A stretch of DNA of 20,856 bases from Catajapyx aquilonaris (GCA_000934665.2 JYFJ02000332.1:124001-144856), one strand, 5' to 3'. Counted from the stretch's first letter, positions 1-14,448 are shown. Program-made: numbers and translations. The notes: generated by a model not told the origin, from the sequence alone.

Positions 1-3000
1 AACATGTTTTATTAATTGTTTCCTTGTTTCCAACAACCAATAGCTACGATCAAGTGCCTGTTATGGATTCACCATCGATCACATATCAGGGCCTGGAAGT
101 ACCCTAAAAATATTTTAATATTATCTGGTACATTTTATTATCATAAGTACGTAAGTCTGTTTGGCACAGATACAATAGTCATTTTCATTTGATTGGAAAT
201 GTGCTGTTCACAATGGTCTCATCAACAAACGGGTCTAAGGATTTGTGTCAAGGGTAGTTGAACATCCTGACACAGCCAGTCTAGTGGCCATCCCAAAGTC
301 TTTGACCTGAAGTCCTCGCGTGCTTGGACACAATAGATTCCAAGTGAATATCGGCACTGACAAGTATATTTGTCGCTAAACTACTTTTCGCACCCATTGA
401 TCACATATTCGCGTGCGACAAACTCTCTTACGTCCTATTACCTTTTATCACCTCCTGCGTAGGTTAGATGTGTATACAAAAGAATCCAAGGACCAAAATG
501 TTCATAGTCCATTTTTATTTCAGGTCACCTCAATTCTACGAGAATCATTACATTCTGCGCATCCATTATGTTGGATATGATCGATGATCCAAATAAATTA
601 TAACGAGGCCACCATTAGCTTGAAGTTGCCTTAAGAACAATGACGGACTAACCATTCCATGCTTACCGATACTGCAACAGGTTGAGGTTTACATCAAACC
701 AAATCCTATACGAATCACAGATCAATATACAATGCGTTGTAGTAGGTCGTATGGCATTTTATAAAGTTGAAAACCCCTTATCCAGGTCGATGACTGTAAT
801 GTGGTGAAACTGCTAAATCCCTAATGTAAAGCTATGGACTATGTCCAATTTCAAAGTTACATAGCGTTTGAAATGAAATGGCGACGGTCTTTCTCCTAAG
901 TATACAGAAAGATCAACCCATGGGTCGAGTAGGATATATCAAAAGAGCTTTGATTTCAAGAGCTCTCTGGGCAAACTTGTCAGTCACGGTAATACGGTAA
1001 AACCAAGCTTGTGGTCGGTTTTACGAAAGATGTTATGGTAAAGTGTGCTACCCGAGGAGTAACTGTAGTTCGAAACTTCTGCGCAGAAAGAGATCGATTG
1101 TAAAGGGGGCTTACGAAAAGCCGACAGGTGCTTAACCTATAACATTCACCTACTTTTGAAGCAGCACAGATTACCGACATAAAAGCATCACAACACAACC
1201 TGCAGTTACCTGTTAATGATAATAACCACCATAAAAGTAATTACTGTAAAAGTATGACCGAATATCATGTTACTTCAATCAGACTTAAAGGTTTGGATAG
1301 ATTCGGATTACAACTTTGGCTCGAGTTACCAGAGTTCTAGATAACTGCTGTGTTTTTAAATATTTAATGCCGCTAATCCTCAGCGGAAAGCAAAACTATT
1401 GAATCAATACGTAGTTCATTGGAGACCAGACCTCGACACAAAGAGCCAATGGAAACTCGAACCGATATCTTGATTTACGTGAACTTTTTTGCAATCTTGT
1501 GACCAATGGATGGGAGGAGTTATGTGGCGAGGCATAAGTGGAGAATCAAAATAGTGTCCATACGTGTCTTCTATTGCAAAATATTGCTCCAAATATGGGG
1601 GCCAATAAAATGACGTTTCGCAGATTGGCACACAAGTTCTGCATGCGACAGTTTCCTTTTCTCGACCTGCAGGGGTATACCCTTGACACGAAAATTCAGG
1701 TCCAGTTCACAGAAAAGGTCGAAATGGCGGGATTTCCTCCTAAAGTTGACTAATCCTTTTATACGACGTCATAACCGCAATATCTAAGGTTGTAAAATGC
1801 ACCTAGGCTTATTAATATTACGGCGCAGAATCTAAAATTAGATGCAAAAACCTGGTCCAGCATAGCACCTACAAACCTACTCTTTCCTTCCATATAATGT
1901 TGACTGAAATCCGACATGCAATCTTATGTAAAAGTAAAACTATAGAACCCCCATTTCCATTTTGGGGGTTTGAGAGTGACAAAATGGGTCTTTCAACCTC
2001 ATGATGACAAGACCAGCTTGTCTGGAAATGTTTGGTCTCTCAAAATCCGACAAAATATCGCCTCAAGTTCGGAGAACGCTTTTGATTCCGGGGCAATATC
2101 TGGAGAATATGTAATGTAACCAAGTCAGATGGCGTTTTCCTAATCCACTTAAATCCTGGAATCCGAGCCGGGAGGGACAGAAAGTCTGACGATTGCGTTT
2201 AGGCCAACTCTAAAACCCGTTGGGTCACGACTGGCTTCATAGTATGCTAAGTGGGAACTTATGTTCATTCGTCTGACATGATGGTTTTCCGGGGACTAAA
2301 AAATAGTTCCTACAGTACACCCCACAAATGTCAGTAGAGTATCAGTGTTGTCTTTCTATCAAAATCTTTGACAAAGCAATGCAGGTAATCACTAAACATT
2401 TTATGAAAATGTGACTTTTTATAGAACTGAATATGGGTTTATTAAGTACTAGTGTAATTAATTCTCGCATTGCTCATTTACGTATTGCGACAGTAGTTAT
2501 CCCCGCAAACAGCAATGATCCGTTCACAGTAAGCCTTTCTTAGTCTACATCGACATAACTCATCAGTCATAACTCTATCGCCATTTATCTTATCACATGA
2601 CGGAACAAGGTTTGCCCTTGACTTGAGAAATGCTGACTGGTCGACATTTTGCGATGGTCTAAACACTGTCAGAACCCATGCATTTTGAGCAGCCTGAAAG
2701 ATTTCCGCCACATTGAACTGCGGCTATAAAACGCAATCACATGTGAAACATATGGACATTGCATCCATCATTGCCATCGCCATGACAGAATGACGCATAA
2801 ACTTTGTGTTCATTTTTACACATTTTTTTATTGCGGAAAAACTTGGCACTTCTTATTTTGCACCACGAAAAGATGCATGGCCAATCTTGATTCGGACGTA
2901 ACAAATGGTCCGCACGACGCAGTACGATATAACTATTCATTGATTTTATGATCAAGTTTGTCCGTTGGAGTTCTTCCCAGTGTGACTGGACAGCCATTTT

Positions 3001-6000
3001 TTTTTTGTTCGTCCTCTGTGTAGGATTATTTTTGATGGGTCACTGAATCTTCTTGTTCGGCTTCCTATTGTAACTATAATTTAAAGTATGATGTGAATTC
3101 GGATCACTGATGAACTGAATGGATCGAACTTTAGGTTTTAAATTTTTTGCCTCTTGCTCAAATGCCTAAGAGCGGTTTGCTCTATAGGATGCAGAAGTAT
3201 TAATTAATTCTTGAAACCCTGTGGTAGTTTTAATTATACAGCTACCTTCGATTTTCGTGCAAACAATTCTCAGGTATGCAGTGTAGCAGAGATGATTGTG
3301 TTAACACATGCGTGTAAACTGATAGTTTTCTGCTAGTGTTGTAATATTATGCACAGGGTTATACTATTGCATGTGATACAACCACCTTGGATACAACAAA
3401 GATTACATATATGACAGGCACTAGGCTATGTGCATTGTAATTACTGCAGTTATATATCTGGGTGATTACTAGTGCAAACCTATAATTACGTACTATTGTT
3501 ATCAACTTCCTCCATTGATGGCCATGTCAGGTGTTTAAGAAAATCAGATTGTAACATCGAATTCTGAAAATTCCTGGCTAGTTCTGTTTCAGTCTTACAA
3601 TACCCGCCAATAACAATAGTTTCCGAATCTATTTCCTCTGCATTGAAGTGCTTCTATAGCATCCACATTGATGAACTCCCCCAACTTTTTCGTCCTTGCA
3701 GCCTCTCTCAGTTTACAAATGCCAGACAAAAGTATCCTGTCATCAAGTCCGTTAGGGTCGAATAATCCCCGAAGCAATTTTTTATCCTCTCCTGCTGAAA
3801 CAGACCTGGAATACTAATTCGCTTTTCCTGTTGCTTTTTTTTGCACTCCCGATTGAACCGATCTATAGGACTGAGACACTAATGGTAAAACTCAGAGCAC
3901 ATATTTGACAGTATCCATTCGACTAAATCCGCGATTGGGTTTATAGCTAACGACGATATTGCGCAATGATGTCGAGCAGGCGATAATGACTGTCACTCAA
4001 ACTGATTGTTGATCAAATCCTGGCTTTGATCCGCAGTCGGTATGCACCGAGGTGATACCTGAGGGTTGATGTGACCAGGATCAATTACGCCTTTGTTTTC
4101 ATGAAGGGAGGCAATTCCAAAAACACAGGCATATAACTGGACTTTCCAGATTCGCAAAAACAGGTATAAAATTGCATGAACATTTCACATATACATTGTT
4201 CTGCAAAAAATTTAATTTCATTTTAAACCAAACAAATACATAAAGCACGTTAAATATGTTGAAGATTTTGTACTACCATCCAGCTCAGACTATATATAAA
4301 AAAACCATTGCAATTAATGTACTTGTTGCATTCAATTTATGCACTGTATCGATTCCGAAACAGTACAAAATCACATCCGCCACAGTTTCCATTATTACAT
4401 TACGTGCTCTGATTGTTTTGTGTTCAAAGCTATCCTATTGGGACATTTTTGTTGTTTGCTCTCAAAATCGATAGGAAAGATGAATTTCTAAGGCTCTCCG
4501 GAAAACACGTTTTACACTTCTCTTCCCAAGAGACCAATAAATTCTGCTTGTATGCGGCGGGACAAGATTAGGACTGGTACCACTCTCCATATATTCCGGA
4601 TCCGTTCATTGTACTCTTTCTTATCACAGTCCTCTAGTTTTTCGTGGCCAAAATTGCTTTCCACATCCCTGCCGGATACGGCAATAACAAAACTATCTTC
4701 CACTTTCTGAAATGTTTCCAGAAAAAAAAAAAACTTTTGGAGGTTTTGCTTCCTGTTTCCACCCTCGACATGACAGATCTTCGCATACTTTGTCGGGGTA
4801 TTTTTTTCTTCTTCAACTCCTTTCACTTCGTATGATAAATGTTTACCCCCACCTTTGATCGATTTCCATCAGTTTCCTTTTCTTTTTTTTTCCAACTTTT
4901 TCACTACACGTCATAGGTCTACCATCAACAAGGTCCTAAAAGCACCAGACCATTGAACCGGAAGGTTTTTGCTTTTAACTCGTTTCTGTAGACTGTACGG
5001 AAGTCCATTCTTAGTGGGGATGACCTCGGATTTTTAGGGACGGTAAAGTGGACAGTGACAAACTGTGTAATGTGCACTTACTTCTGGAGTACTTGGTATT
5101 CATCAGCACGAGCCTTTTTTTCCTGCAAAGTCGCTTAAATCGGTTCATGCAAAATTAGATGCGACAGTGTTCATTTTGAGAGAAAAAACTAGATAATTTT
5201 CTCCAACTAGAGCAGCTTTAAAGGTCATAGTGTGAAGTACTTCATGAGAATGACGGTTTTTTCATCGCGTTAATTACGAAATGCTTTCGTGTCAAAAAGG
5301 TCATACAATAGAATATGACATGATAAGTTAGTGTGGATGACATTTTTGTAACGATGTACGCTACAATTACGGACATCAGTCATATAAACGACAGAGCAAA
5401 TGTGTGGACTGTGATATTGAAAAAAGAGGAATGTTGACCACACCAACTTTTGCTCGAGAGAAACAACCCAGTTTTTTCAGAACGGTGCAGTTTGCTTGTA
5501 GTTAATGTAAATTTTGTGTGCCCACTCTAGTTGCATCACCCTCCAAACAAAACCAAAAAAAAATCACCCTCAAAAAGCGCTCGCATAAATAACATTCATT
5601 TGGGAAGAGCCAGTGCAACACATTTCCACACGATGATTCTCGGGGGTCACTTACATTGATTAAATAATTATTAGTTCAGGTTACATGCCAGATGGTACCG
5701 GTAGAAACACGAAGCATATAGGTTACACTCGTGGATGTAGAAACCAGAAGTGAAAAATTTAATACGCGTTACTAGAACGAGGCGCAGTTTGCTCATGTTG
5801 TATTATGACCTCTATTCGACTTATTCTGTTTACAGTATTGTTATATAAAATAAACACTACTGCTTACGGTTAGCTGAATTATAATGTGGCTTTTTTGAAA
5901 ACAGGATGCAACTTACAGTATGAAATTGTATGGCTCATTATGTACACTGATCTACCCTAAACAATACGATGTGTTGACATTGTTTACGTTCAAACAAATA

Positions 6001-9000
6001 TGAACACAATGTTATTCAACCACATTGCAATTATGCACGGGTCAGTTACAGGAGAAACGAAAAAATACGCAGTAGTTATTACACCGAAGCACTTAGCTAT
6101 ACATTCTTGTATTATGTGTTATACAATACAGTGAACAGTTCTAGTGTTTTTAGAGTATAAGTAGAAAATGGAAATGATATACTTGCTGTTTAGAATATGT
6201 TTTCTCCACCGGCTATTATATTTTTGTCCATGTAACACGTACAGCTGCATTTCAAGCCAGAAGTGAAACTAAACTCATGCAGACCTCCTGCCCTCAAAAA
6301 CCTCGTACTCAACCCTTCTCACATGCATTAACCAGTACTGCTCAATACTCTGCCCATCGAGTTGACATTGATCTACGACCTTACAACAAAGCGCGTCATT
6401 TTTTGAGGGGAGTGTGGGATATAGAGGGGTGTCCTGTTTTTGTCAGTTTCCAAGCCCAAACTGGCGTCTTTTTCGCAATGGTATAGATGCCAATTGTGAG
6501 GAGTCCGCAGCAACATCTACATGCAAGGAAAAAAATTTCACTAGCAAAAACACCCATTTTCAATTCATCCCAGAACAAAATGTCTGCAGACCCATTTGCA
6601 ATACTCCGCGACCTCCCTCGGAAGTAAAACTTGGGGCCAACTTTTTTTTTCTTTCGAAGGGACAAGCAGTGATTCATGGAACCTTGTACCTCATGCTTAT
6701 TCCTCGGTGGCTCTACAGCCCTGAATTTTAATAGCACCGAATAAATTGAGGGGCGGGGTGGGAAAATTCGCAAGTCTTATCAGTTGGCATATAACTGAAA
6801 ATTTGAATGGGCCATTACCAAGTCATGAAATATGAAGGAAAATAACCATGGGTGCAAAAGTCTGCACGCATTTCGTGCTTCGATCTGACTTCCGGACCCA
6901 CTCTTGTGGAACGCTGACCCCTTGCCTCCCTGACTAATATTGCAATCGATATGAATAAGCTTGGACAAACATTGCTTCTTGTCAGGTAGGGAGTTGACCT
7001 AGAAAACTTGTCCTGTCAAGTCATACAGGATGATCAAGTCGGGTGTATCCAATGAAACTATTTAATTTAGGAAAGTGGCCAATTATTGCGCTTAAAATTC
7101 AGTGGGCAGTGGTCAAAAGAAGTTATGCATGCATTTGCAATTAAAGGACGATTATGGTAGCTTAGTGGGTTGACTACTAAAGCAGCCAATCACCAATTCA
7201 GATTAATTACAATGGGATTAAGCGGTTCTAGCATGTGGGTGTCCTCACCAGAATTCCAGCAAAAAATTCGGAAGTTGTGATTGCGGTCCATCAAATCCGT
7301 CCGTTTCAAATATGGTGAGGTAATCACTGAAAATGCCATTAATTTCGTCCTTTGTAAAAGACTGGCCGAGTTCAGATTTCACACCCACACATTAGGATTA
7401 GAAAGTGCTCTGAAAAATGTCAGCCGGGTTCACATACTGTGTGGGACGCGTGACCTTCACCGAAAAATATTTTCATCCTAACTTGTCCGCAACCGCACCC
7501 TTGGCGTACTTGGTGCATAACAAGTAGGCGTAAAATCACTCTGATACTGTAACTAATACACTAGCCAACTAATTTAAAAACTAATAAAAAATAGCAATTT
7601 TACCGTTATCCATTCTGACCCAAAAAAATATCATTCTCACTAACATCATAATTTTTTGGTAGAACGAAAGCACGAGAAACTGTCCTTACTACGTTGAAAA
7701 AAACATTCACTCAGGTCAGTTGATACACTTATACGTCCGTACGTGTCACGTGTTCTAAAAATAGTATCGTGCAACTATGTCACGTTAACATTTTATCGTC
7801 GGACCCACACGCTTCTCACATGTCATAATACGCCTCAGGGACGAATATTTACACCCTTCTGACATGAGCCAAGACCACTTGATTCAAATGCATAGAAGCG
7901 TGAATTATTAACACATAGAATCTTGCAAGTTCCCCAAAAAATGAGGCTATTCCTACAGGCAAGTATGGGGTGAAGTGAGCGCACAGGGAATAATTTCGCT
8001 TTTTTTTCTTCTTCTGTCTTCTAAAGCACGTAGGTCCATCGGGGTCAAGCGTGACGATTTTGAGCGATCGACAAAGTCCTTTGCGTGACTCCCATCTCAC
8101 TACTATTTAATCACACGGTTCTATTCTCGCAGCCAAAATGGAGCCGGGTTCCTTGTACGATAAAAATATATAATTATGATTGGCATGGCTTCCTTTAAAA
8201 TATGACATGACACGACCCCTTTTTTTAAAATATGAAAATATGTTATAATATCTCACTTTTTTCTCGGTAATACCAAATTTTTTAATGATCTTTCATATAA
8301 ACTGTTTTCGCAATATAAATTCGCAGTAAAAATATAAGTCACCTTTAAATAAAGCTGGTTGACTGCACGATTTTCTTCGCAGCCAGATTTCGTTTGAAAT
8401 ATGAGGTGGCAAGTTCCTCTTATAGAAACAACAAAAATCAGTCTGCATTAGTTGGTGTTTGCATCCTAGCCACTTCCATAAATAGCGCTCTGGACCCGAG
8501 CCAATCCGGGGCACTTAGTCCGGATTTGAGAGAGCAGATTCTGGCTTTTTCTTTCCTTTCTTTTTTGGCCTGTAGAAAACCTGAGATCCGACAGCGCTTT
8601 GTTCCATAGCGACTTCGTGTCTTTGGAGAGTAACAGACGTTTCCAACACCACTTCCTATTACAAGCCTTTTTTTCTCCTGGTTTTTCGGACAGTGACATA
8701 TGAGAAGAAGCGTATCTATCTAGGCATATACATTTATAATAGTTGCCTATGGATACCTTGGGCGAGACTGCATATGAATAAACTGTGCGTGACAGTCAAG
8801 CATAAATAAATTAACGCAAAGGCATTGAAATTTGTATGACCTGTCTAAAAAGAAGAGTACTAATTAAAGTATTGTGTGTTTGGCACTGTGTACATATTAG
8901 TGAGCTAGTGCTCTATTAATAATAAATTGATTGTTTCCTGCTTGCATTCGTGTACTCTATTTTCCTGCAATATGACCGTTAAATAAATCATACTCCTCAA

Positions 9001-10102
9001 AAGGAATGTATATAGCTACTCCCTACGCCAAGCAAAGGCCGCCCATTCCTTGATTAGCAAAAAAAAATATCACAAATAACCTTCCAGGGACGAAGAAACC
9101 GCCAATAAACCGGAATGTATATATTGCGTGCTCAAAATATTCATACGCATTCTGAAGTGGTAAACCCGGAAGCACAGTTCCAGAATGAAGAAATATGCAA
9201 GGAATTCAAATGTTAAAATTAGGCGAGAACTACAAATCCTTCTATTCTATCCTGCGTGGATAGCCAGCATTACCATCTCTACAGCATCTCATTTCCCCCA
9301 ACCCCATTTCAGTGTAAATAATTGCTACATAAAAGACATACACATATCACCAATATTTGCATAATAATATTCAAAATGCATTGCTCTAAGGCCAAACCTG
9401 GGGGGTTGCGAGGTGGTCGCGCTGTTATTTCTACATGCCAAAAGGTTTGTATAATTATTTTGAACAACATTTTATATAACATATCAATAATCCTAGTGCT
9501 TCATAGATGTGCCTGACATTATGTAATATTTCTGCGGGCAGATGTCATAATTTCAGGCGAGACTATAGGAAATTACAGCATTTCTGCGCATCAATGTGTT
9601 TTACCACCAACCATTGCGGCTACTTTGTAATCAATCATTTGATAGCTCCAAATATAATTCGCTTGTATAGAATGCTCTATACAGTATACACGAGTCGAAT
9701 TTTCGAAACTTTCTCCTGGATCCACGACCCTCTCATGATATAAAAACTATTCCGCGGACATTGGCTCAGAAGTCAGAACGGCATTTAAGAGACAGGATAT
9801 CACAAGTGGAATTCCTGCTGAAAATAGAAAATTCGATCAGAATTTCGGCTAAACCAGACCCTATTTTTAGACTTGTCGGCATCATTTCACCAAAACGACA
9901 GTTTCCGTAGCCCTCGGGCAGGAAGGAAAAAAAAAACCCCGGTAGCTGGCAATTTCCCAAAAAACAGAGGACAAAATACGAACGATGAGATCCGAAAACT
10001 AAGAAAAGTGGAAGAAACTGCAAAAGAATTGCCGACACGTGGATACCAATCGGAAAGTATAGTCCCTGCAGATTCATTTGGCCCAGGTCGATATCACATA
10101 AA

Positions 10103-10134
10103 GAAAAGTTGATACTCTTTCCTGGAACACCCTG
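10103..10134 (-). mobile_element. Solo degraded Tc1/mariner-like TIR remnant
   Basis: Reverse complement reads CAGGGTGTTCCAGGAAAGAGTATCAACTTTTC and shares CAGGGTGTT with the element at 20720. The flank is TG rather than TA, and no partner TIR was found. Confidence 0.3.
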
Positions 10135-12153
10135 TGCATCGTGAACAAACGCACTACAATGTGACCCTAAATGAGCGGTCGAATGAGTCACGATAGTTAA
10201 TCGATATAGTGTAATGGAGGTAAAGTGTGCAACTGCCATCAGGTGCAAAATACATTCCGCGATAGGCTAATGGAAATGAGGGTTTGAACTAGTCCAGATG
10301 GAGGCAATAGAGCAAGAAGACGCCATGAATAATCCTCTAGATATTGATTTTTAGATCAGTAAAAAATAGATATAGATAGGTTCTTTTTTCTAGGCAGTAT
10401 GGGCGTGAGTTGCATGACCACCGAGGGTTCAATGGTCAGAAATTAGCCAAAGCTCTGTTGATCATTATTATTAGTTCGTTACTCCTATACTATTCTTGGG
10501 GTATTTTTCGCTCTGTTGAACCAACTTTAATGGCACATTATTTTCGACCCATTGCTGTTTATAGCTTTTCAGTTCTCAGGGAATAATTTTCGCCCTTTTT
10601 CCACTACCCTGACCTTGGTGTACCAAGGGATCAACCCAGTCTCGGGAATTGCGGTGGTCACTAATATAGTACGTTACTGTCCAGGTATGATTACGTAAAT
10701 CAGCATGAAGTCGATGACATTGCGTTAACAATACATTTATGTGTAATGATGCTGCTAAATTGTAATTTCATTGGTTAGAATTTGCATAATACATCAATAC
10801 CATAATGTAAAATCGACATTCTATTGATCAATTACATTGTAGGACACCCATAACATTCCGGCGCGGCTGTCAACAAAGGCCATTATTATTATTGGTGGCT
10901 TTCAAGGTACCTATATAGAAATGGTTTTACGAGAGATGAAATTAGAGGAGAAGTAAGAAAAGTGGTCCATAACTTTACGGTCCAGCCGAAAGTAATAGCC
11001 GTGGCGGCGAAAAAGTTATGATATTGACCTTTAAAACCGCAGGCTTCATAAGAAACTTACATTGACCTACTTTATTTAGAGGAGCAAGAGTCTCAGTGTC
11101 CGATGTCACCCCCCTTACCACTTTTTCCACCATTTCCTTTCTGCAACTAGGACAATAAGTTTCTCCATCCGACTGAAAAACTTTGGCGTCAAGGCCCATG
11201 GCAAGGACCTAGGAATGTCATATCAAATTCTTTACAACTCGAGCCATTTTTCAGACCAGAAAATCCCCCAAAAAATTCTATCGAACTCTGGCAGAGAGAG
11301 CAAATGCCAATAATATTCCGGACAGGAAAATGGATTGCTTAAAATGTTTGCCAAATATCATCAACAACCTGTCCGTTTTCAATTTGCTATACAAATGGCT
11401 GGGGGGCAACATCCCAATCTTATCTTTTAAGAGGATTGGCCACTCTTGAAAACAACAACAATTGGAGGATAAAACACGGAAGAAAAACTCCCACCATTCA
11501 GTGTTAGACAGCGAATGAACTGAAAGGGTCAAGACTCGTCGAGTGGTCATTTTCAGTTGTTTGGACCAAACTTTGGCACAGTTCTGGGCCATTTCCGAAG
11601 TCGTCCGGGTCTGTTGGAAGAAAAATGACCGAGGAACTGACGACGAAGTATCTGATGCCATTGACTTCTCCAGAACCAAAGTGTGGCATCTCGCACGGCG
11701 TTTTAGATGATTGGATTGTATTGATCCAGCAATAAAAGTCTCCCAGATGGCCATCCTTAGTATACTAATCCGATACATTTATTCTCTCCGGAGTATGAGT
11801 GTAATATTGTTTGTAATGGGCAATGCGCAATAACCTTGAAGTGACCTCATATTTTAGTGATTCAATTGGTGTGACCAATAAGATTCTCTTTTAAACATTT
11901 TTCGCCTCCTGGTCCTACCCCCATCAAAATTTATCGAGCTGTTTTGCATCTCAGAAACCTTATCGGTTTAGAATGATCAAGCAGAACAATAAAGCTTTCA
12001 AAAGATTAACTTGGCAAAAAAAAAGTCTGGAAAATCAGCCATGTTTGCAATGACCTTCAACAACATAAAGGACTGTCCCGTTTCATTCTTGACATTGAGA
12101 ATTGGAGTAGTAGAAAAAAAAGGCTAACTACAAGCAACACAGTAAAACACCAG

Positions 12154-12631
12154 TCATTTGGCTTGGAACTCACTCTCATCGGGTAATATAAGAATAAATT
12201 GTCCTCTTTTTTTGTACACTATCAGACTCTTCTTGCGGAACACTTTTTTAGCATCATCTAAAAAATTTACATCGTGAAGAGATTCGTAGTTTTTGGCGCA
12301 GTGAGGCCAGGATCCCCTTGTCCTTGACTTATTCTTTAATGCTGCTTTTAGACCTTTGCCAAGAGTCATGTAGTGCCAACTTGTCCTAAGAAGCAAATAA
12401 CACAACAGATGGATAATTATGGCCCCGGGGCGACTTTTGCTTCGGGGACGTTACCATGGAAATCTGGCCGGTTTTTGGGATCTCCGCCATGGTCATCCTT
12501 GCCAAATAGACGAATTTTTCTGGGCATTCAATGTCGCACACGCATGGATAAAAAACACAATATAAAAAAACATGTGCAGAAACTGCGGCATTGAGATCAT
12601 TCCGAAATGCCACCAGATGACGTAGGCGATT
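12154..12631 (-). other. Two candidate exons (12631-12455 and from 12385 onward) of an unannotated minus-strand transcript
   Basis: Strong acceptor (T-run)cttag at 12632, donor ATG|gtaacg at 12454 and acceptor tttgcttcttag at 12386. These define a 69-nt intron, within the 57-85 nt range of the neighbouring gene's short introns. Confidence 0.35.
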
Positions 12632-14448
12632 CTAAGAAAAAAAAACATATATGGAGAGCAAGGCATGTTGAATTCGCTGTGGAATCCGCTAAGGGCTACT
12701 TGAGAATATTAAATGAACAGAACAATTCTCTTTGCCATATATATACCCCTCAAGGTTCATTCATGCACACGGTCCTTGTTTGGTAAAGAAACATATATAG
12801 AGAGAAAATCACAGTTCTTTAAAAATGCAAAGCAGGTTACGTAAATACAAACCATACTTGCAAGACTGCAGAGTTAGAAAACTGAGAACTAGAAGTAGAC
12901 TGCAATCATTTTTATCTTGAATAATTTTGTCAAGTCAATATTCGTGTATAACATACTCTAAAAATTTGATAGTGTAGCAGCTGTATCGCACTATCATATA
13001 ATACTAACAGTAAGTTACCAATATGTTAACCTGTGCTCTGAACTGAACGCTGAAAAAGCGAGAATAAAGGTTTTAAAACGTCAGACCTATAGTGGTGTCT
13101 TTGTAGTTAACTGTACCAAATTAATTTTTAACACGTTCCTGCTGCATATTTGCACAGTCAGGACTTGTTCTCTTGGAATAAAAAGGTGTACTGTAGTCTC
13201 TATAATAGATACATTGAAGGCAACTTCTACATTACTGAATGTGGGCTGTACTTTACAGCTTATTGAGACCATAATATTGATTACCGCCAACCCTTTTTTA
13301 CATTATCTATTGAGAAAGTACTTACTGCTCCAACCAGATTTACTTTGATATTTTGGAACCACCAGTGCCTTCGCGTGACTTTTGTCCCCAGAAGTTGCAC
13401 CCAGCAATATGGTTTCAGATCCCTATCGATATGTCTAAACCTTGAAAGACCAGCACGGAAAGCCCTTCAGAACCTTCTAACAATTTCTTGCCACCTTATG
13501 ACTAACCATATTCAATTAATAATTCCAGAACTTGTGCAACCAAGCCAGAATTTTCCTTAAAATTTCATACTTTCCCAGGAACCAAAGTTATGAAACGAAC
13601 CTCCCTGTTTTTTCGGAAGAGCATATCCTTCTTCCCAACTGGACGGTTTGTGTTCCCAACGTAATGGAATTTCCAGGGGAAGGTCGGTCCCGGTGCGAAG
13701 CGAACGGATTAAGTGCAAAATAGCGGGCACATGGAAAAGGGCCTCCGGGTTGCATTTGAGTGTCCATCATCACCCAGAATTCTAATGCAACTGTCATTTT
13801 TGTAGCAAGAGAAGCGAGTCTCTGAGCCTCCATCGTCAGCAAAAAAAAATACCCAACTGCTTTACAATGCATTGCCCATTTGGCGACATCCGACAATGTT
13901 TTTTTTTGTTCCAAAAATAAAACAGGAGTCATATTTCCAGAACCGATAGTAACTGTGACACTAATAGACTCGCAGCAGCAATATCGTGCCTATAAATTAC
14001 TGGGCAGATCCAGAAATATATTGCCTTGAACCCATCACAGTATACCCTTGGTTCCTCGCATACCAATATACTTTGTTCCTGCAGACAAAAATCGGCTGTC
14101 AGTCTTTTCATCTCACCGACGCAAAAGCAATCTTTCTTCCATTGTTTGCCGAAGCTCCAGTGTTTGACAAATATTCCTCCGGCGAGCTATTGTTCCACTG
14201 TATAAGTTTATTACGGTGAATAATAATCGGGTAGGGAGGGTGTGAAAGGGGCAAAATTGCCGCCTCGCCTTGCCTGTCACAATATAAGTTCACAGCCGCT
14301 TTGTGTTGAATATTAATGAGTCTTTTCTATATGGCATCAGCATGGAAAATAAGGGCAGATCTAGCACTTTTCAGCCGGATATGAACGTCACTTTTGCTAC
14401 GCTTATTCGCTCAAAGTGTGCAAATTTCGTAGGGAAATGGCTAGACCA

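Noticed and set aside
7192..7206. CAATTCAGATTA resembling the RNase P RNA 3' P4 motif
   Set aside because: The matching upstream GGAAGGTCTGAG-type motif is absent.
9766..10248. 160-aa minus ORF and overlapping 79-aa plus ORF
   Set aside because: Non-ATG starts, homopolymer runs, and no domain or splice-consistent model.
11278..11778. 166-aa minus ORF
   Set aside because: No recognisable homology or motif. It cannot be supported as a CDS, although a decayed gene is not excluded.
13399..13434. Minus-strand HIDRDLKP resembling a kinase HRDLKP loop
   Set aside because: An in-frame stop lies just upstream, and no DFG or other kinase motifs are present.
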